IMG/VR virus record: IMGVR_UViG_3300008952_000015
Coordinates: 64,566-128,565 of that record
Length of the DNA: 64,000 nt
Direction: 5' to 3' (one strand)
Source: a virus
The notes beneath the pieces were generated by a model. The model was not told where the DNA came from. It saw only the letters and a list, made by a program, of their open reading frames with translations, and ran no database searches. The first letter of the stretch is position 1, and each line of letters opens with the position of its first letter. Positions 1-10,292 of this stretch are shown here, piece by piece. Position numbers and translations under genes: made by a program.

Positions 1-491
1 ATCTCAGGAGTGCTGTCATAATAGCCCCACAGGGTTCTTCCTTCAAGTTTAGCTACGCCAAACTTCCTTTTATAAAAACTACGAAACCTAGCATCATCTT
101 GAAGGATATTTGCAGATACAACTACCACAATTAAATTATACTTATATCCCCTACAATCCGAAAGCGTTATTCCTTTTTCCTTTAAAAAGAGATCCATAAC
201 ATCAGAGGTTCTTTTCACCATACCCTCTACAAAGAGGGGCTTATGAGTTTTATAGACAGAGGGAATCGCCTTCCCTTCTCTCGCTTCATATAGGATAGTT
301 AAATTAACTGACCTTTTCTTTGAAGCTATTTTCTTAGAAACAGTAGCTTCTGTTTCTACGTCCGAAATTAACGGTAACTTATAAGCCTTTTGCGCTGGCC
401 CCTCTGCTCCGTTAGCATCACAACTTGCTGTTGTGAAAAGACTAAGAAGTAATACTGTTACGATCCTTTTGTAAAGTTTTCCTGTATTCAT
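1..491 (-). CDS. Putative lipoprotein, truncated by window edge
   Basis: Manual translation MNTGKLYKRIVTVLLLSLFTTASC...: basic N-terminus, hydrophobic stretch, lipobox-like Cys; frame stays open to the window start. Confidence 0.6.
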   Translation of the reverse strand, partial: MNTGKLYKRIVTVLLLSLFTTASCDANGAEGPAQKAYKLPLISDVETEATVSKKIASKKRSVNLTILYEAREGKAIPSVYKTHKPLFVEGMVKRTSDVMDLFLKEKGITLSDCRGYKYNLIVVVVSANILQDDARFRSFYKRKFGVAKLEGRTLWGYYDSTPE

Positions 492-648
492 CGCCACCAT
501 CCCTATAGTGACCCAATATATCTACCTCTAGATTTGGGCTAAGTTTAAGCATTTCAACATGCTCATAGGGAATTTTGCTATGAATATATACAGCTTTCGT
601 ATCAAGATTGGTAACTTTAATCTTACAGAAGAAATTATCTTTACTCAT
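442..648 (-). CDS. Hypothetical protein
   Basis: 68-aa ORF with GAGG RBS, co-oriented with neighbours. Confidence 0.6.
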   Translation of the reverse strand: MSKDNFFCKIKVTNLDTKAVYIHSKIPYEHVEMLKLSPNLEVDILGHYRDGGDEYRKTLQKDRNSITS

Positions 649-693
649 AAGTGCCTCTTCTTTCTTTTAGAGAATCAATCTATGCTTTCAAAA

Positions 694-1638
694 TCACTCG
701 CTATCGTCACCTTCGTCAATAAGACGGTTAAGCCTTTGTCCTAACCAATGGTGTCCTGATGCAGAAGGCAATAGCCAAGGCAAATTATCCCTAGACAAGC
801 AGTCTATCAGGCTCTCTACAACTTTATAATCATCACAGCCTACAAACAGCATAGCCCTAGCTTCTAGCTTGGCAACTCTTTCTTTGGCAAGTTCAACTTG
901 GTCAGCTTCAGCTTCATTTTCCTGATTCTTCAATGACCTCAGCCTTCTATCTGCTCTTTCCTTGTCCTCTCTTATGCCTTCGACAATAGTTCTCTTAAGT
1001 CTCTTGGGCGATGACTTTGCAATCTTTGCAACAAGTGAATCGGACAGAGCATCATTTGACATAGCTGCCCTAATTATACCTTGCTTCTTATCTACAGCGC
1101 CCTTCTCTCTTTTTACTTGGGACCAAAGGTAATCAAACAACTCTTCATCCTTAGATGAACTCAGAGCAACTCTTTCCCACAGGGAGAACAGGTCGCTATC
1201 ATCTTCTATAAGAGAATACTTGTGAAGCTCGCTTAGATAATCAAAGCCCTTGTCTACAACAGGTGCGATTCTTGCTCGCAACTTATTCGTATCCACCTTG
1301 TCATCCACAGGTATATCAGAATAAAACTTGATTAAGAAGCTTTCGCAAAAAGTCTCTGACAAAGACTTTATTCTGTGGCCGTAACCAGATTTATCAACTG
1401 CGTTTATTGTTATACCTAAAAGATCACCCCGCTGATCGGGAAAAGAATTCCAAATATAATCAAAGGTATCATCTTTAATGATAGCCTGAGCCTTCTGTGA
1501 ATTCCAGTATGACCCAAAAGCCTCAACTGCATTTTCTATTGCGTAATTAAAGACAACTGATAGATACTCGTCTTTCAGAAAGTCATCCTTAAAAGTAGAG
1601 ATTGATTCAACTGTATATGTATTTAGGTAATCAGACAT
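694..1638 (-). CDS. Alpha-helical repeat (HEAT/LRV-like) protein
   Basis: Helical composition; C-terminal LSRDNLPWLL resembles the ends of 1631-2350, 9354-10292 and 22597-23406; start moved to MSDYL after a GGAGG RBS. Confidence 0.55.
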   Translation of the reverse strand: MSDYLNTYTVESISTFKDDFLKDEYLSVVFNYAIENAVEAFGSYWNSQKAQAIIKDDTFDYIWNSFPDQRGDLLGITINAVDKSGYGHRIKSLSETFCESFLIKFYSDIPVDDKVDTNKLRARIAPVVDKGFDYLSELHKYSLIEDDSDLFSLWERVALSSSKDEELFDYLWSQVKREKGAVDKKQGIIRAAMSNDALSDSLVAKIAKSSPKRLKRTIVEGIREDKERADRRLRSLKNQENEAEADQVELAKERVAKLEARAMLFVGCDDYKVVESLIDCLSRDNLPWLLPSASGHHWLGQRLNRLIDEGDDSE

Positions 1639-2350
1639 CGTTAACATCCTCCGTTGAGAGTCTTCCTTCAAGTTTTGAAGAGATCCACTTATTTTTCAAA
1701 TTCCTATTTGCCAAAAGCATTGGTAAGTATTCAGAAGAAATTTTTGTAATTAACTCTGAAAATGGTCCTCTCGCTATTTCCTTGGTCATATCATTTAGCT
1801 TTTCATACCCAACGGGAGCCATTCTGACCCCCTCTTGTCTTATGTCTGCTATTTTGTCTGACAGCATCAAGTCTAAACACTCTACTGGCCCAAGCCTCTG
1901 AAAGACTGCCTTCCTAACCTTTGTAGACTTTGCATCAACTATATCTCTAAGAGCCTCAATGCTACAGAACTGTGCGGCAATAAACTGAACCTCGCCCTCT
2001 TCATTTCTAGCAACATGATCAAGAACAGAAACATCCGAGTAAAGCCCTCGGCAAAGGACGAGTTCTTTCGCTCTATAGACAGTGGATTCTTTTAATATGC
2101 GATCTGACTTATCACTATGCTTAGAAAGTGCTGCCAAAAGAATCTTGTCTCCAACCCAAGAAGATAGCCCAACATCATTCACAAGCTTGTTATAAACTTT
2201 GTCTTCAAAGAATACTTCATCAAAAGTTTTCTCGTCTAACTCTGGAATATTATCCTGAATTATTTGATCTGCTTCTCTCCATCCTGCTTTATTTACGGCA
2301 GTAAGAAAGTTGGCGAATTTATTTATTCTCTCTTTTTTTGTCATTATCAT
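1631..2350 (-). CDS. HEAT/LRV-like repeat protein
   Basis: Recurring LxxxxxDxxxxVR-type units (DAKSTKVR, SDKIADIR, RNEEGEVQ). Confidence 0.6.
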   Translation of the reverse strand: MIMTKKERINKFANFLTAVNKAGWREADQIIQDNIPELDEKTFDEVFFEDKVYNKLVNDVGLSSWVGDKILLAALSKHSDKSDRILKESTVYRAKELVLCRGLYSDVSVLDHVARNEEGEVQFIAAQFCSIEALRDIVDAKSTKVRKAVFQRLGPVECLDLMLSDKIADIRQEGVRMAPVGYEKLNDMTKEIARGPFSELITKISSEYLPMLLANRNLKNKWISSKLEGRLSTEDVNDV

Positions 2351-3176
2351 CTCCTACAGCTAATTGTGACAAGTTCTCTATTCGGAATCCAGAAGCGTTC
2401 TTATGACCCCCACCTCCAAACTCTGCGGCAACCAAAGATACATCATCACCACCCTCTTTTGATCTCAAGGAAAACTTATAAGCCTCCCCGTCAAAATAAT
2501 AAGCGGCAGCGTAATCAGCCGTTAGAGCTAACTCTGCTGCTATCTCTGATTGAAAAAATGGAATGTTTATAATAGGAATAGTCTTCCCCATTATATTCGC
2601 CTGATACGCGTTTCTCATTAATGACTTTATTAGATTCTTTTTATATTGAAGAATCCCCTCTCCCATCGTCTTAACTCTTTTCCATCTAGCAGAATCCTCT
2701 GCATCTAAGTAACTGTGAAGCATATCCCAATTCTCAAATGTTCTTTCAAAAGAATCTACTGCTGACAAGATTTCTTCTGTAGAATCAAGGTCCCATTTCC
2801 ACAAATCTCTATCTTCAACATACCTTATTAAGAGTGGCACGTTCTCTCCTGAGAAAAGATATTCCCACGCTAAAAAGGCACCCGAATGACTCATATCAAA
2901 GCTGCAAAACTCAAGATCACCACACTCTTCTTGGGAGGACTTATGATGATCTAGCACCACAAGACTGTTTGCATCAGCTTTCATCTGTATCATTATCGGC
3001 CTCTTATAACAGAAATCGGCCATAAATACATCGCAATCATCAACATTAGGTGGTTCGGTTCCATGAGACACAGGGATATACTCTATAGAGCTTCCATACT
3101 TTCTCCAAAAAGCCCACGCTGCTCCAAACCCATCTGGACACCCTGCATGATATAGTAACACTGTTTTTCTTGACAT
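2319..3176 (-). CDS. DHH/DHHA1 family phosphoesterase
   Basis: Motifs YHAGCPDG, DF, LDHH, EDRDLWKW, SLRS and GGGGHKNASG. Confidence 0.9.
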   Translation of the reverse strand: MSRKTVLLYHAGCPDGFGAAWAFWRKYGSSIEYIPVSHGTEPPNVDDCDVFMADFCYKRPIMIQMKADANSLVVLDHHKSSQEECGDLEFCSFDMSHSGAFLAWEYLFSGENVPLLIRYVEDRDLWKWDLDSTEEILSAVDSFERTFENWDMLHSYLDAEDSARWKRVKTMGEGILQYKKNLIKSLMRNAYQANIMGKTIPIINIPFFQSEIAAELALTADYAAAYYFDGEAYKFSLRSKEGGDDVSLVAAEFGGGGHKNASGFRIENLSQLAVGDDNDKKRENK

Positions 3177-4193
3177 TTAAATTCCTTCTGGAGAAGAGGA
3201 AAAAGTTATACTACGAATAAGGTCTGAACAATCTCTCACTGATCCGTGAATATAATGCTTCATTTCATCAATAGAGGTAAATGTATATAATGAATCTCTG
3301 TGATATGCTTTGTAGATACCAAGCTCTCTAAGTACATCACATTTACTTACTACCAAATCTGTAGTTCCAGTTACCTTAATAGCCTTGCAAAGATAGTCTA
3401 AGTTCAGCCAGTTAACCTTTCTTCTTCTCCCTGTTGTTACGCCATACTCCTGTCCTATACGGCCAATTTCACTTAACTCTGAATCATCAAGAAGAGAGGC
3501 CGGAAACATCGGATCTTCACCACTTCTTGTATCATAAATCTTTGCTGCACCCCAAACCCTATCTATCTTTTGAGAAGGAAAGCCAATGCTACAAGCTCCA
3601 TAAGGAAGCGTTGTTGACGATGTAACATAGGGATAATTACCTTGATCTAAGTCAAGCCAAACACCTTGCGCTCCTTCACACAAAATGTTGCCACTTAACT
3701 CTCCCTTCCAAATCAGATTGTCCTCTAAAATATCTTCTGCCAAAACACCCGTTCTGCCAGCTTTAGCAGCATAACATGGAGCAATTCCCCTGCTAGTTGT
3801 GCCAAGCTTTTCTGCTAAGTTATCTTTATCAAATTGCAAAAACTCATCTTTAACTATGTGGCACTTTGGAGATACCTTGACCAAGGAGGTATCAAAGCCG
3901 CTCTTCTTTAAATACTCTAGCTCTTCATAAAAGGATTCTGGATGAAGAACACATGCTGGTCCGACCAACGAAGGAATCCCATGAAAGACTCCAGATGGAA
4001 CAAGGTGTGTCTTATACTTCTTTCCGCTAACATACACAGTATGTCCTGCATTGTTTCCACCCGCCCACCTTGCAACTAATGAGTAATAAGGCAACCCATC
4101 TGATCCCACTTGCGATGCAAGTTGACTGGTGATCTTTCCCTTCGCCTCGTCGCCCCATGCAAGTCCAACAACTACGTCTGCTTTATTTGTCAT
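3177..4193 (-). CDS. purA: Adenylosuccinate synthetase (compact form)
   Basis: WGDEAKGK, GGNNAGHT, GTTSRGIAP, EGAQG, YPYVTSS and GVTTGRRR motifs. Confidence 0.95.
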   Translation of the reverse strand: MTNKADVVVGLAWGDEAKGKITSQLASQVGSDGLPYYSLVARWAGGNNAGHTVYVSGKKYKTHLVPSGVFHGIPSLVGPACVLHPESFYEELEYLKKSGFDTSLVKVSPKCHIVKDEFLQFDKDNLAEKLGTTSRGIAPCYAAKAGRTGVLAEDILEDNLIWKGELSGNILCEGAQGVWLDLDQGNYPYVTSSTTLPYGACSIGFPSQKIDRVWGAAKIYDTRSGEDPMFPASLLDDSELSEIGRIGQEYGVTTGRRRKVNWLNLDYLCKAIKVTGTTDLVVSKCDVLRELGIYKAYHRDSLYTFTSIDEMKHYIHGSVRDCSDLIRSITFSSSPEGI

Positions 4194-4809
4194 CTATCAT
4201 CACCTTTTTAAGCTCTGGCTCCGCAAGAGAAATGGGAGCATGAATCTCTGATACCCTGATTTTACTTGGACGACGCAGAAAAGTAATACCCTCTTTATGA
4301 GCAGACACCGTTGCTGTAAATGAAATTATATTTCCAGCGGCGAAGTCATAGGCTTTAGAGGTTTTGAAATAAAACCTCCACCCTCTGTCATCCATACAGA
4401 TTATTGCTGGCATAGGATACTCAGCATCATCCTTTGCGGCAACTATCTTTGCTATCACAAGGTCTTTGAACTCAATCCTATCGCCTTCGGCATAATCTGG
4501 TGGATCAAGAAGAATTGCTTTAGAGATTGAATCAACCAACTTATTTATAGAAGCAATCCATTTATCTGTAAGAAAATGAGGAGTTTCTGATATGACTTTC
4601 AACGAAGACCTTAAAAAATCATTATTAGGATTTTCCTGAACCTTTACTGCCAAAAGACCAAAAGCCATAGGATTTATCTTTGAAAGCTTTTCTTCTCCAG
4701 CTTCAGATAAATCTTTACTACGGCTTTTAGAGCGTTTCTTAGAACGCTTTTTGCGAACCTTAGATCCGCTATTTGTATTGAATATATTAATCAAAACAAT
4801 TCCTCGCAC
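4183..4809 (-). CDS. Hypothetical protein, possible C-terminal OB-like domain
   Basis: 208-aa ORF downstream of the promoter motif at 4822. Confidence 0.6.
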   Translation of the reverse strand: MRGIVLINIFNTNSGSKVRKKRSKKRSKSRSKDLSEAGEEKLSKINPMAFGLLAVKVQENPNNDFLRSSLKVISETPHFLTDKWIASINKLVDSISKAILLDPPDYAEGDRIEFKDLVIAKIVAAKDDAEYPMPAIICMDDRGWRFYFKTSKAYDFAAGNIISFTATVSAHKEGITFLRRPSKIRVSEIHAPISLAEPELKKVMIDDK

Positions 4810-4821
4810 CTTCTCAACCAG

Positions 4822-4838
4822 ATATAACTGGTGGAGGA
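4822..4838 (-). promoter_or_regulatory. Extended phage promoter motif (degenerate copy)
   Basis: ATATAACTGGTGGAGGA is the reverse complement of a variant of the recurring motif. Confidence 0.6.
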
Positions 4839-4897
4839 ATTATTTTAAATATTATCTATAGCTAACTTAATAGCTATCTTTTAACCAGAAGTCATTA

Positions 4898-7210
4898 CTA
4901 GCTTTGGGGCGTTTGCTTTCTTGTCGTAGGAGTCTCTTGCTCTGCCTTCTGTCTGGCTTTCCATTCTGCGTACTGAGCCTCATTCCTTTCAAGCTCTACG
5001 GCCCTCAGGCCTTCCAACGCTTTCGATGCTTCGTCTAAGTAGGCATACTCTTTCTCTCTTGAATCTCGGAAGGCTGATGCAAACCCAGTCTGAGCCTCTG
5101 TATCAGACTCTATTGCCTGACCATACATATTGAACCAATACTTCCAAGCCTCTTTAGCTTCATCTGTTTTCTGCTGTTCTACAATCCAGTTTCCTTCGGC
5201 TTCTGTAAGGTTTGATGGGCCTCCACCGCCATTTTCGGCGCTCACTCTTCTTCTTAACTCTAGCTCGACTATCCCTACCTGCTTTCCATCTCGTGACTTC
5301 GCCATAAAAAATGCGTTTCCAAGCTTAAATTGACCCTGTGATCCATCCCCTCTTGATACAAAGACTGTTCCGAGAGGATACTGTCCATCGGGACCTCTGG
5401 TAGCGCCTTTGGTCGCAACAAAGAATTTATTTAAATCCATAAAGATCTTTTTGGACCCTGCTTCTTCTGGCTTTGAAGCCTCATCTGGCGTCTTAGCACG
5501 CGCTCTATCAATAGCCGAAAAAGTAAGCTTATCGGCCAAAGCTCCATCCTTATTGTCCACTCTAAAGGCTTGTATTACTTGCTTTTTAAGCCCATCTCTC
5601 TTCATAATTTCTACTACATCATCTTTAGACTGCTGCGTTAGCTCTCCCTCTGGACCTCGCTTAAAGGTATCAATCCGGCCCCATCTAGAAAGCAATTTGG
5701 TTCTCTCTGCTGCGACAGTCCCATCAGGATCATTAAGATATAGGTACTCGGTCAATAGCTCATCAGTAGGGGGAAGAGTCGCCTGTCCCTCAGACTCAGC
5801 TGGCTTTACAACCTTACCTTCAGAGGCCAAGTATTCTTTGCTCCATGCGTCCCATGCTTTTATCATGTACGAGTTGTTCCATCTGCCTTTATCGTCTAAC
5901 GTGCGTCCTCCCCAATTCGGGATTTCAACCTTAGATGCACCCTCTTTTCCATGAGTCTTAACGGCCCATTGTCGAAACTTAGTTCCGGTCGCTTCATTGT
6001 GAATCTTGCCGCCGGAATGAGCCTTCATATCAACCTTCGGCTTACTAGAGGTAGGCTTCTTTGTAGTAGCAGTATCACCTGTAGCAGTATCACCTGTAGC
6101 AGTATCACCTGCGGGGGTAGCCGTTTGCTCTGCAAAAGCCTTTGCTTCAGCTTCAGAGTTAAACCTCTTCTTCTCGCCTGTTACGGCGTTATGACCAAAC
6201 CACATGTTGCTGCTTCTCTGATCATCAGGGCCTGTTCCTTCTCGCCAGTAATTGGCACTTTGTGTGGCGCTTGGCCTTCCCTTTGCACGGTCAGCAATCG
6301 CTGGTTCAGTATTGCCTGTAGCATACTTAGCTATCGGAGAAGTTCCTCTTGATGCACTCTTCCATATTCCGTCATCAGACTTGTATCCATAGTAGGTAAA
6401 CATAGCTTTTGTGGCCGGATCAGACCATGAGCAATTCTGGTCAGTGAAACATGAAGGGACGTTGTCGCAATCCCAGTCAGTAGGACATTTGCTTACATAG
6501 TATTCAACTCTATCAGGAAGTCTGTCAGTGGCGGGTTGTCGTTGTCTAAAGATATATGTTTTATTGTCAGACCAATCAAAATCGCCCTCTTCCTTTTGTC
6601 GGATTCTTTCTTGTTTCTTTGAATGTCCAGCCTTCTCTGCGTCATGTGCATTTTTCCACGCAGTAAAGAGATCAGAGTTTCGTTCCTTGATAAGCCACCA
6701 AGCAAGGGGTTGTTTGACCATGTAAGATTCTAATGAACCTTGGTGTCTTCTAAGAACAGGAACTATAGACTTGTAACTCCCAGTTTCACCAGGAGGCAGC
6801 TTCGGCAGTTCACTTCTATCCAACATGGCGTTTAAGGCCTCATCATAGGCTGCTTCTTTATCCTTAGGTGAAAAGTCTTTCCAGTTTGCTTGAGCGCCAC
6901 GCAGCGTATTAAAAGCGTTCGTATAAACTTTTTTCATCCAGTTAAAAGTATTCAGGACACCCGCTTTATCGGAGGACAGCCCGTGTTCGCTGTCGGAGTA
7001 AATATCATAATCTGCCCAAATATTCTTAACGAAATCCTGATAGGCGGCATCACAGAGTTCGTAAAATTGCCTAATCAAAGCATTGTTTTGTGCCGTTAAC
7101 CTAGCTGACTTAACGAGCCTCAATGCACTTACAGTCTCCGCTTGTTTTGTATGCCCTCGTTGTTCCAAGGCTTTCGCCAGTCTTCCTAATTCTCTTTGTT
7201 CTATATTCAT
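4898..7210 (-). CDS. Large protein with N-terminal helical tag, putative virion/internal protein
   Basis: N-terminus RELGRLAKALEQRGHTKQAETVSAL...VKSA matches the shared tag; low-complexity TATGD linker. Confidence 0.7.
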   Translation of the reverse strand: MNIEQRELGRLAKALEQRGHTKQAETVSALRLVKSARLTAQNNALIRQFYELCDAAYQDFVKNIWADYDIYSDSEHGLSSDKAGVLNTFNWMKKVYTNAFNTLRGAQANWKDFSPKDKEAAYDEALNAMLDRSELPKLPPGETGSYKSIVPVLRRHQGSLESYMVKQPLAWWLIKERNSDLFTAWKNAHDAEKAGHSKKQERIRQKEEGDFDWSDNKTYIFRQRQPATDRLPDRVEYYVSKCPTDWDCDNVPSCFTDQNCSWSDPATKAMFTYYGYKSDDGIWKSASRGTSPIAKYATGNTEPAIADRAKGRPSATQSANYWREGTGPDDQRSSNMWFGHNAVTGEKKRFNSEAEAKAFAEQTATPAGDTATGDTATGDTATTKKPTSSKPKVDMKAHSGGKIHNEATGTKFRQWAVKTHGKEGASKVEIPNWGGRTLDDKGRWNNSYMIKAWDAWSKEYLASEGKVVKPAESEGQATLPPTDELLTEYLYLNDPDGTVAAERTKLLSRWGRIDTFKRGPEGELTQQSKDDVVEIMKRDGLKKQVIQAFRVDNKDGALADKLTFSAIDRARAKTPDEASKPEEAGSKKIFMDLNKFFVATKGATRGPDGQYPLGTVFVSRGDGSQGQFKLGNAFFMAKSRDGKQVGIVELELRRRVSAENGGGGPSNLTEAEGNWIVEQQKTDEAKEAWKYWFNMYGQAIESDTEAQTGFASAFRDSREKEYAYLDEASKALEGLRAVELERNEAQYAEWKARQKAEQETPTTRKQTPQS
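6066..6110. repeat. 3 x 15-bp tandem repeat (GDTAT linker)
   Basis: GTAGCAGTATCACCT x3, exact. Confidence 0.95.
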
Positions 7211-7231
7211 TATAACCCCTAAGTCCTTTTT

Positions 7232-7756
7232 TTATTTTCTCTCAAATTTCCCGTCAAACGAGTTGAGAAAACTAAAGAAATCTTCAAACTCATTTTGTTC
7301 AAGAATATTAATAGGTTTATTATTACATCGTTCTATATTAGCAGGTGGAGAAGACTCTTCTGATTCAATATTTGATTCTGCTCCAAAAAAACTCTCCGCA
7401 ACTTCTTTGTCCTGTTGCTCATATTTGTCTCTTTGCCTATGAGATACGTCTTCACCGTGACTACCGTAAGGCACATCGAATAACCCATGAGCCTTCTTTC
7501 CTATTTCATCATCATCTGTAAAATTATTGCCCGGTTCGGGGTCGTCGGAATAGCTTATAATGCGCTGAGGCATCTTATCCTTAAGAACAACTCCTGTTTC
7601 ATAGTTTCCAATTAAATCTATTATACTAAAAGCATCATCATCAGAAGGACACTCCCCCTCTTTCGCATACTTAGCCAAGGCGCTCAGGAAGGCTGCCTCT
7701 TTATGAAACCCTTTTTTGTAAAGATATGCTTTCAATTTTAAGAGTTTATCAAACAC
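7232..7756 (-). CDS. Acidic protein with N-terminal helical tag
   Basis: MFDKLLKLKAYLYKKGFHKEAAFLSALAKYA. Confidence 0.7.
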   Translation of the reverse strand: MFDKLLKLKAYLYKKGFHKEAAFLSALAKYAKEGECPSDDDAFSIIDLIGNYETGVVLKDKMPQRIISYSDDPEPGNNFTDDDEIGKKAHGLFDVPYGSHGEDVSHRQRDKYEQQDKEVAESFFGAESNIESEESSPPANIERCNNKPINILEQNEFEDFFSFLNSFDGKFERK

Positions 7757-7771
7757 GGCATCCTCAGCTAT

Positions 7772-8584
7772 TTAGCCTCGACTGACATTCCCGCCAGCAG
7801 TTAATGAGAACTCTCTTGAGATTCGCTTAGCCATTTCATTGATCCTATCAGAAGCAGTTGCCTCTACTGGCGCATCATCTATTGCAGCCTGATCTTTTAC
7901 AGCTTGCTCAACCGTCTCTGTGGTTTCTGACTGCTCGTTCAATATGGCTTCCAACTCAGGAGGAATTTCCATTTCTGCACTCTTTAATATAGCATCAAGT
8001 CTATCTGCAAGATCGGAATGACCTAGCTTATCCAAGTGATTTGCTAATTTTATTATTTCTTTCTTCATTTTAATATCTCCATTTTTAGATAATTCTAAAG
8101 GTGAAATTACCTTATTACTAACATTAGTAATAGATGCTGGTCCAAAATTAGGAGTAAAAGCGTTCTCACGGGACTCAGCAACGCCCTCTCCTCCGGGGAA
8201 AGCCCCATCCTTATGATCATCAATATGAGCTAACTCGTGTATTAATGTTTTAGCAACCCCGTTCAAAATATCTTGAAACACTGGATCTGATTCATCCATC
8301 TGATTTATTTTAGACAGAATATCTTGGGGCCATTCCTTCTCAAGATTTGTAACTACTATATTTATAGTCTCTATGTTTCCATCATCGTTCGTATCTTCTG
8401 TTGTAACGTAGGCCTTTGCGTCAGGTGCTATACCTGGAGGCAAAGCTTGGTGAAACTTAAGTTTATCTCTGTTGCCTAACACGGCATGTACTGGGCCAGG
8501 AAGGTTTGTAATCTTCCTTAAACCGCCCTCTATCTTATCCCAATAACTTGGTCTTGCTATCTTTTTCATAAGCCTCTCACTCAT
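7772..8584 (-). CDS. HExxH zincin-like metallopeptidase domain plus internal helical tag
   Basis: TLIHELAH motif; internal KKEIIKLANHLDKLGHSDLADRLDAILKSA. Confidence 0.65.
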   Translation of the reverse strand: MSERLMKKIARPSYWDKIEGGLRKITNLPGPVHAVLGNRDKLKFHQALPPGIAPDAKAYVTTEDTNDDGNIETINIVVTNLEKEWPQDILSKINQMDESDPVFQDILNGVAKTLIHELAHIDDHKDGAFPGGEGVAESRENAFTPNFGPASITNVSNKVISPLELSKNGDIKMKKEIIKLANHLDKLGHSDLADRLDAILKSAEMEIPPELEAILNEQSETTETVEQAVKDQAAIDDAPVEATASDRINEMAKRISREFSLTAGGNVSRG

Positions 8585-8598
8585 TTCTTAATTATACC

Positions 8599-9012
8599 TT
8601 AAAACTTTGGGATAAAAACCCTTGACTTTCGAGGCTTTTTATAATAGGTTGATGTTGTAATTATATCTATACCTTCGGGCCTTATTACAGAAAAGAAAAA
8701 ATTAAATGCTTTTCTTGTTTTAACTTTCCTTATCTCTATCCAGCTTCTCTTTTTGGAATCTATACTTGATGTGTTTGAGACAAACATATGAACAACTCCA
8801 TCAGCACTTACGGCAAAGTCTTGAGCTATAATGTCATTAAGCTGCCTATTACTCAGGTCCTCTAGCATATCTCTTCTGTCCGACCAGAATTCATTAAAAT
8901 ACTTCCTATATTTAATTCTAGCAGTAGTAGATACACGAATTGGAAGTCCGGTCCTCGGATCGGTTAGTGTCGCTTGCTCCATCCCTGCGTTCTTTATATG
9001 ATCAGTCTTCAT
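8599..9012 (-). CDS. Hypothetical protein
   Basis: 137-aa ORF with N-terminal IKNA and upstream CTAATATTA element. Confidence 0.65.
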   Translation of the reverse strand: MKTDHIKNAGMEQATLTDPRTGLPIRVSTTARIKYRKYFNEFWSDRRDMLEDLSNRQLNDIIAQDFAVSADGVVHMFVSNTSSIDSKKRSWIEIRKVKTRKAFNFFFSVIRPEGIDIITTSTYYKKPRKSRVFIPKF

Positions 9013-9054
9013 ACTCTGTCCTAAAGCTTACAGAATATTACCTAATATTAGCAT

Positions 9055-9083
9055 AAAAAAAGCCCAACTAAAAAGTTGGGCTT
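9055..9083 (-). terminator. Intrinsic terminator
   Basis: AAGCCCAACT/AGTTGGGCTT stem followed by a U-run on the minus strand. Confidence 0.75.
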
Positions 9084-9106
9084 AAATTAGACATATTAAA
9101 TGTTTT

Positions 9107-9367
9107 TTATAAGGATACGAAATAAGCTAAAAACTTATACAGATCATCCTCTGTCTCTACCTTTAGGTCTTTTGGCATTTTCTCATACCCCGCCTTTACC
9201 ATCTGAACATTATTATCAATATAATGTTGCTCAACAAGCCCTCTTTCTACTGCCATTATAGATCCGTCAAAGCTGAGCTGTAACGTCGATAACTCGTCAA
9301 GGTCAATCTCTTTAAACCTATTTTTATGAAGTGGCATATCCAGCCATACAAAATCAGACATTATCAT
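9107..9367 (-). CDS. Hypothetical protein
   Basis: 86-aa ORF overlapping the upstream stop. Confidence 0.6.
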   Translation of the reverse strand: MIMSDFVWLDMPLHKNRFKEIDLDELSTLQLSFDGSIMAVERGLVEQHYIDNNVQMVKAGYEKMPKDLKVETEDDLYKFLAYFVSL

Positions 9368-10292
9368 ACTCCAGCTTATCTTCCCATCTATCTTCGTTTT
9401 GTTTGGCAGCCTCTTTGTCTGCCTCTATCTGCTCAAGCCTTCTCTCTACACGTCGCTTGCCACGATATGATTCAGTTCCCATAAGTGAAGTAATTAAATA
9501 CTCAGGCAAAGTATCTGCAAGCAGGATTATTACATCATCATATTTAGAATCCGTAAATTGCAACAGAAGGTCATCGTAATTAAAATACTTCTCTTTGTTT
9601 TCAACCAAGCTCTTTAGACCTGCAACAGAAGAATCTGACGAGGCATCACTACGAATCTTTCGTGCGGTTTTCAGCGTTAAAAATCCAGACTCAACGTATT
9701 GGCTATACATAGCGCCCCTTGCTGCGTAACAAGGCTTTGTCTTTGAAAAGAATATCTCCTCTTCAGTAAGGTCTTTAAATGCAGTTGGAAGACTATTTGC
9801 ATAGTTTTTAAGGATTTTTCTAAAAGTTTCTCTTACATAATTATTATGTTTTTGAATCTCCCAAGTCTTGCTGAAGAGATTGTCCCACTTAAAACTGTCA
9901 ACCATTCCTGCCGCAGCAATAGCATACCCTCTGTATCCGTTCCAAATGTCGTGAGCAGAAGTGTTCTCTGTAAAAAGAGACTCCGCTAAATCCGCTATAG
10001 GCTTTTGCCAGTCAGGAATAGAGTATAGATTAAGATCAATAGTCTCAGCATGTAACAGAATTGCATTTAAGAAATTCTCATCGCTCTCTACTGTAGCTCG
10101 CTTAACCTCTGGCAAAAGCATCTTACCATCTTTCAAGAGAAAGGTCTTTGCTGCAAGCAAGAGTCTTAGCTCAGGAGAGGGAGAGGGAGAGGTCGTACTT
10201 CTGGGGTTACGATAATGCCTAGAGTTAACATAGAAAAGCTTTCTTAAGCCTTGCTGCTGCATATACTCCATAGGTGTTAGGTCTTTAGTCAT
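9354..10292 (-). CDS. Alpha-helical repeat protein (paralogue family)
   Basis: C-terminal LPEYLITSLMG...VERRLE resembles ISSEYLPMLLAN...LEGRL; start moved to MTKDL after a GGAG RBS. Confidence 0.55.
   Translation of the reverse strand: MTKDLTPMEYMQQQGLRKLFYVNSRHYRNPRSTTSPSPSPELRLLLAAKTFLLKDGKMLLPEVKRATVESDENFLNAILLHAETIDLNLYSIPDWQKPIADLAESLFTENTSAHDIWNGYRGYAIAAAGMVDSFKWDNLFSKTWEIQKHNNYVRETFRKILKNYANSLPTAFKDLTEEEIFFSKTKPCYAARGAMYSQYVESGFLTLKTARKIRSDASSDSSVAGLKSLVENKEKYFNYDDLLLQFTDSKYDDVIILLADTLPEYLITSLMGTESYRGKRRVERRLEQIEADKEAAKQNEDRWEDKLEYDNV

Noticed and set aside
3177-4193. PurZ (2-aminoadenine, Z-genome pathway)
   Set aside because: The N-terminal motif is GDEAKG with the catalytic Asp of PurA; PurZ has Ser (GSTGKG-type) at this position
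5130-7442. Plus-strand ORFs overlapping the 770-aa gene
   Set aside because: Antisense shadows with no RBS and Ser/Leu-biased composition
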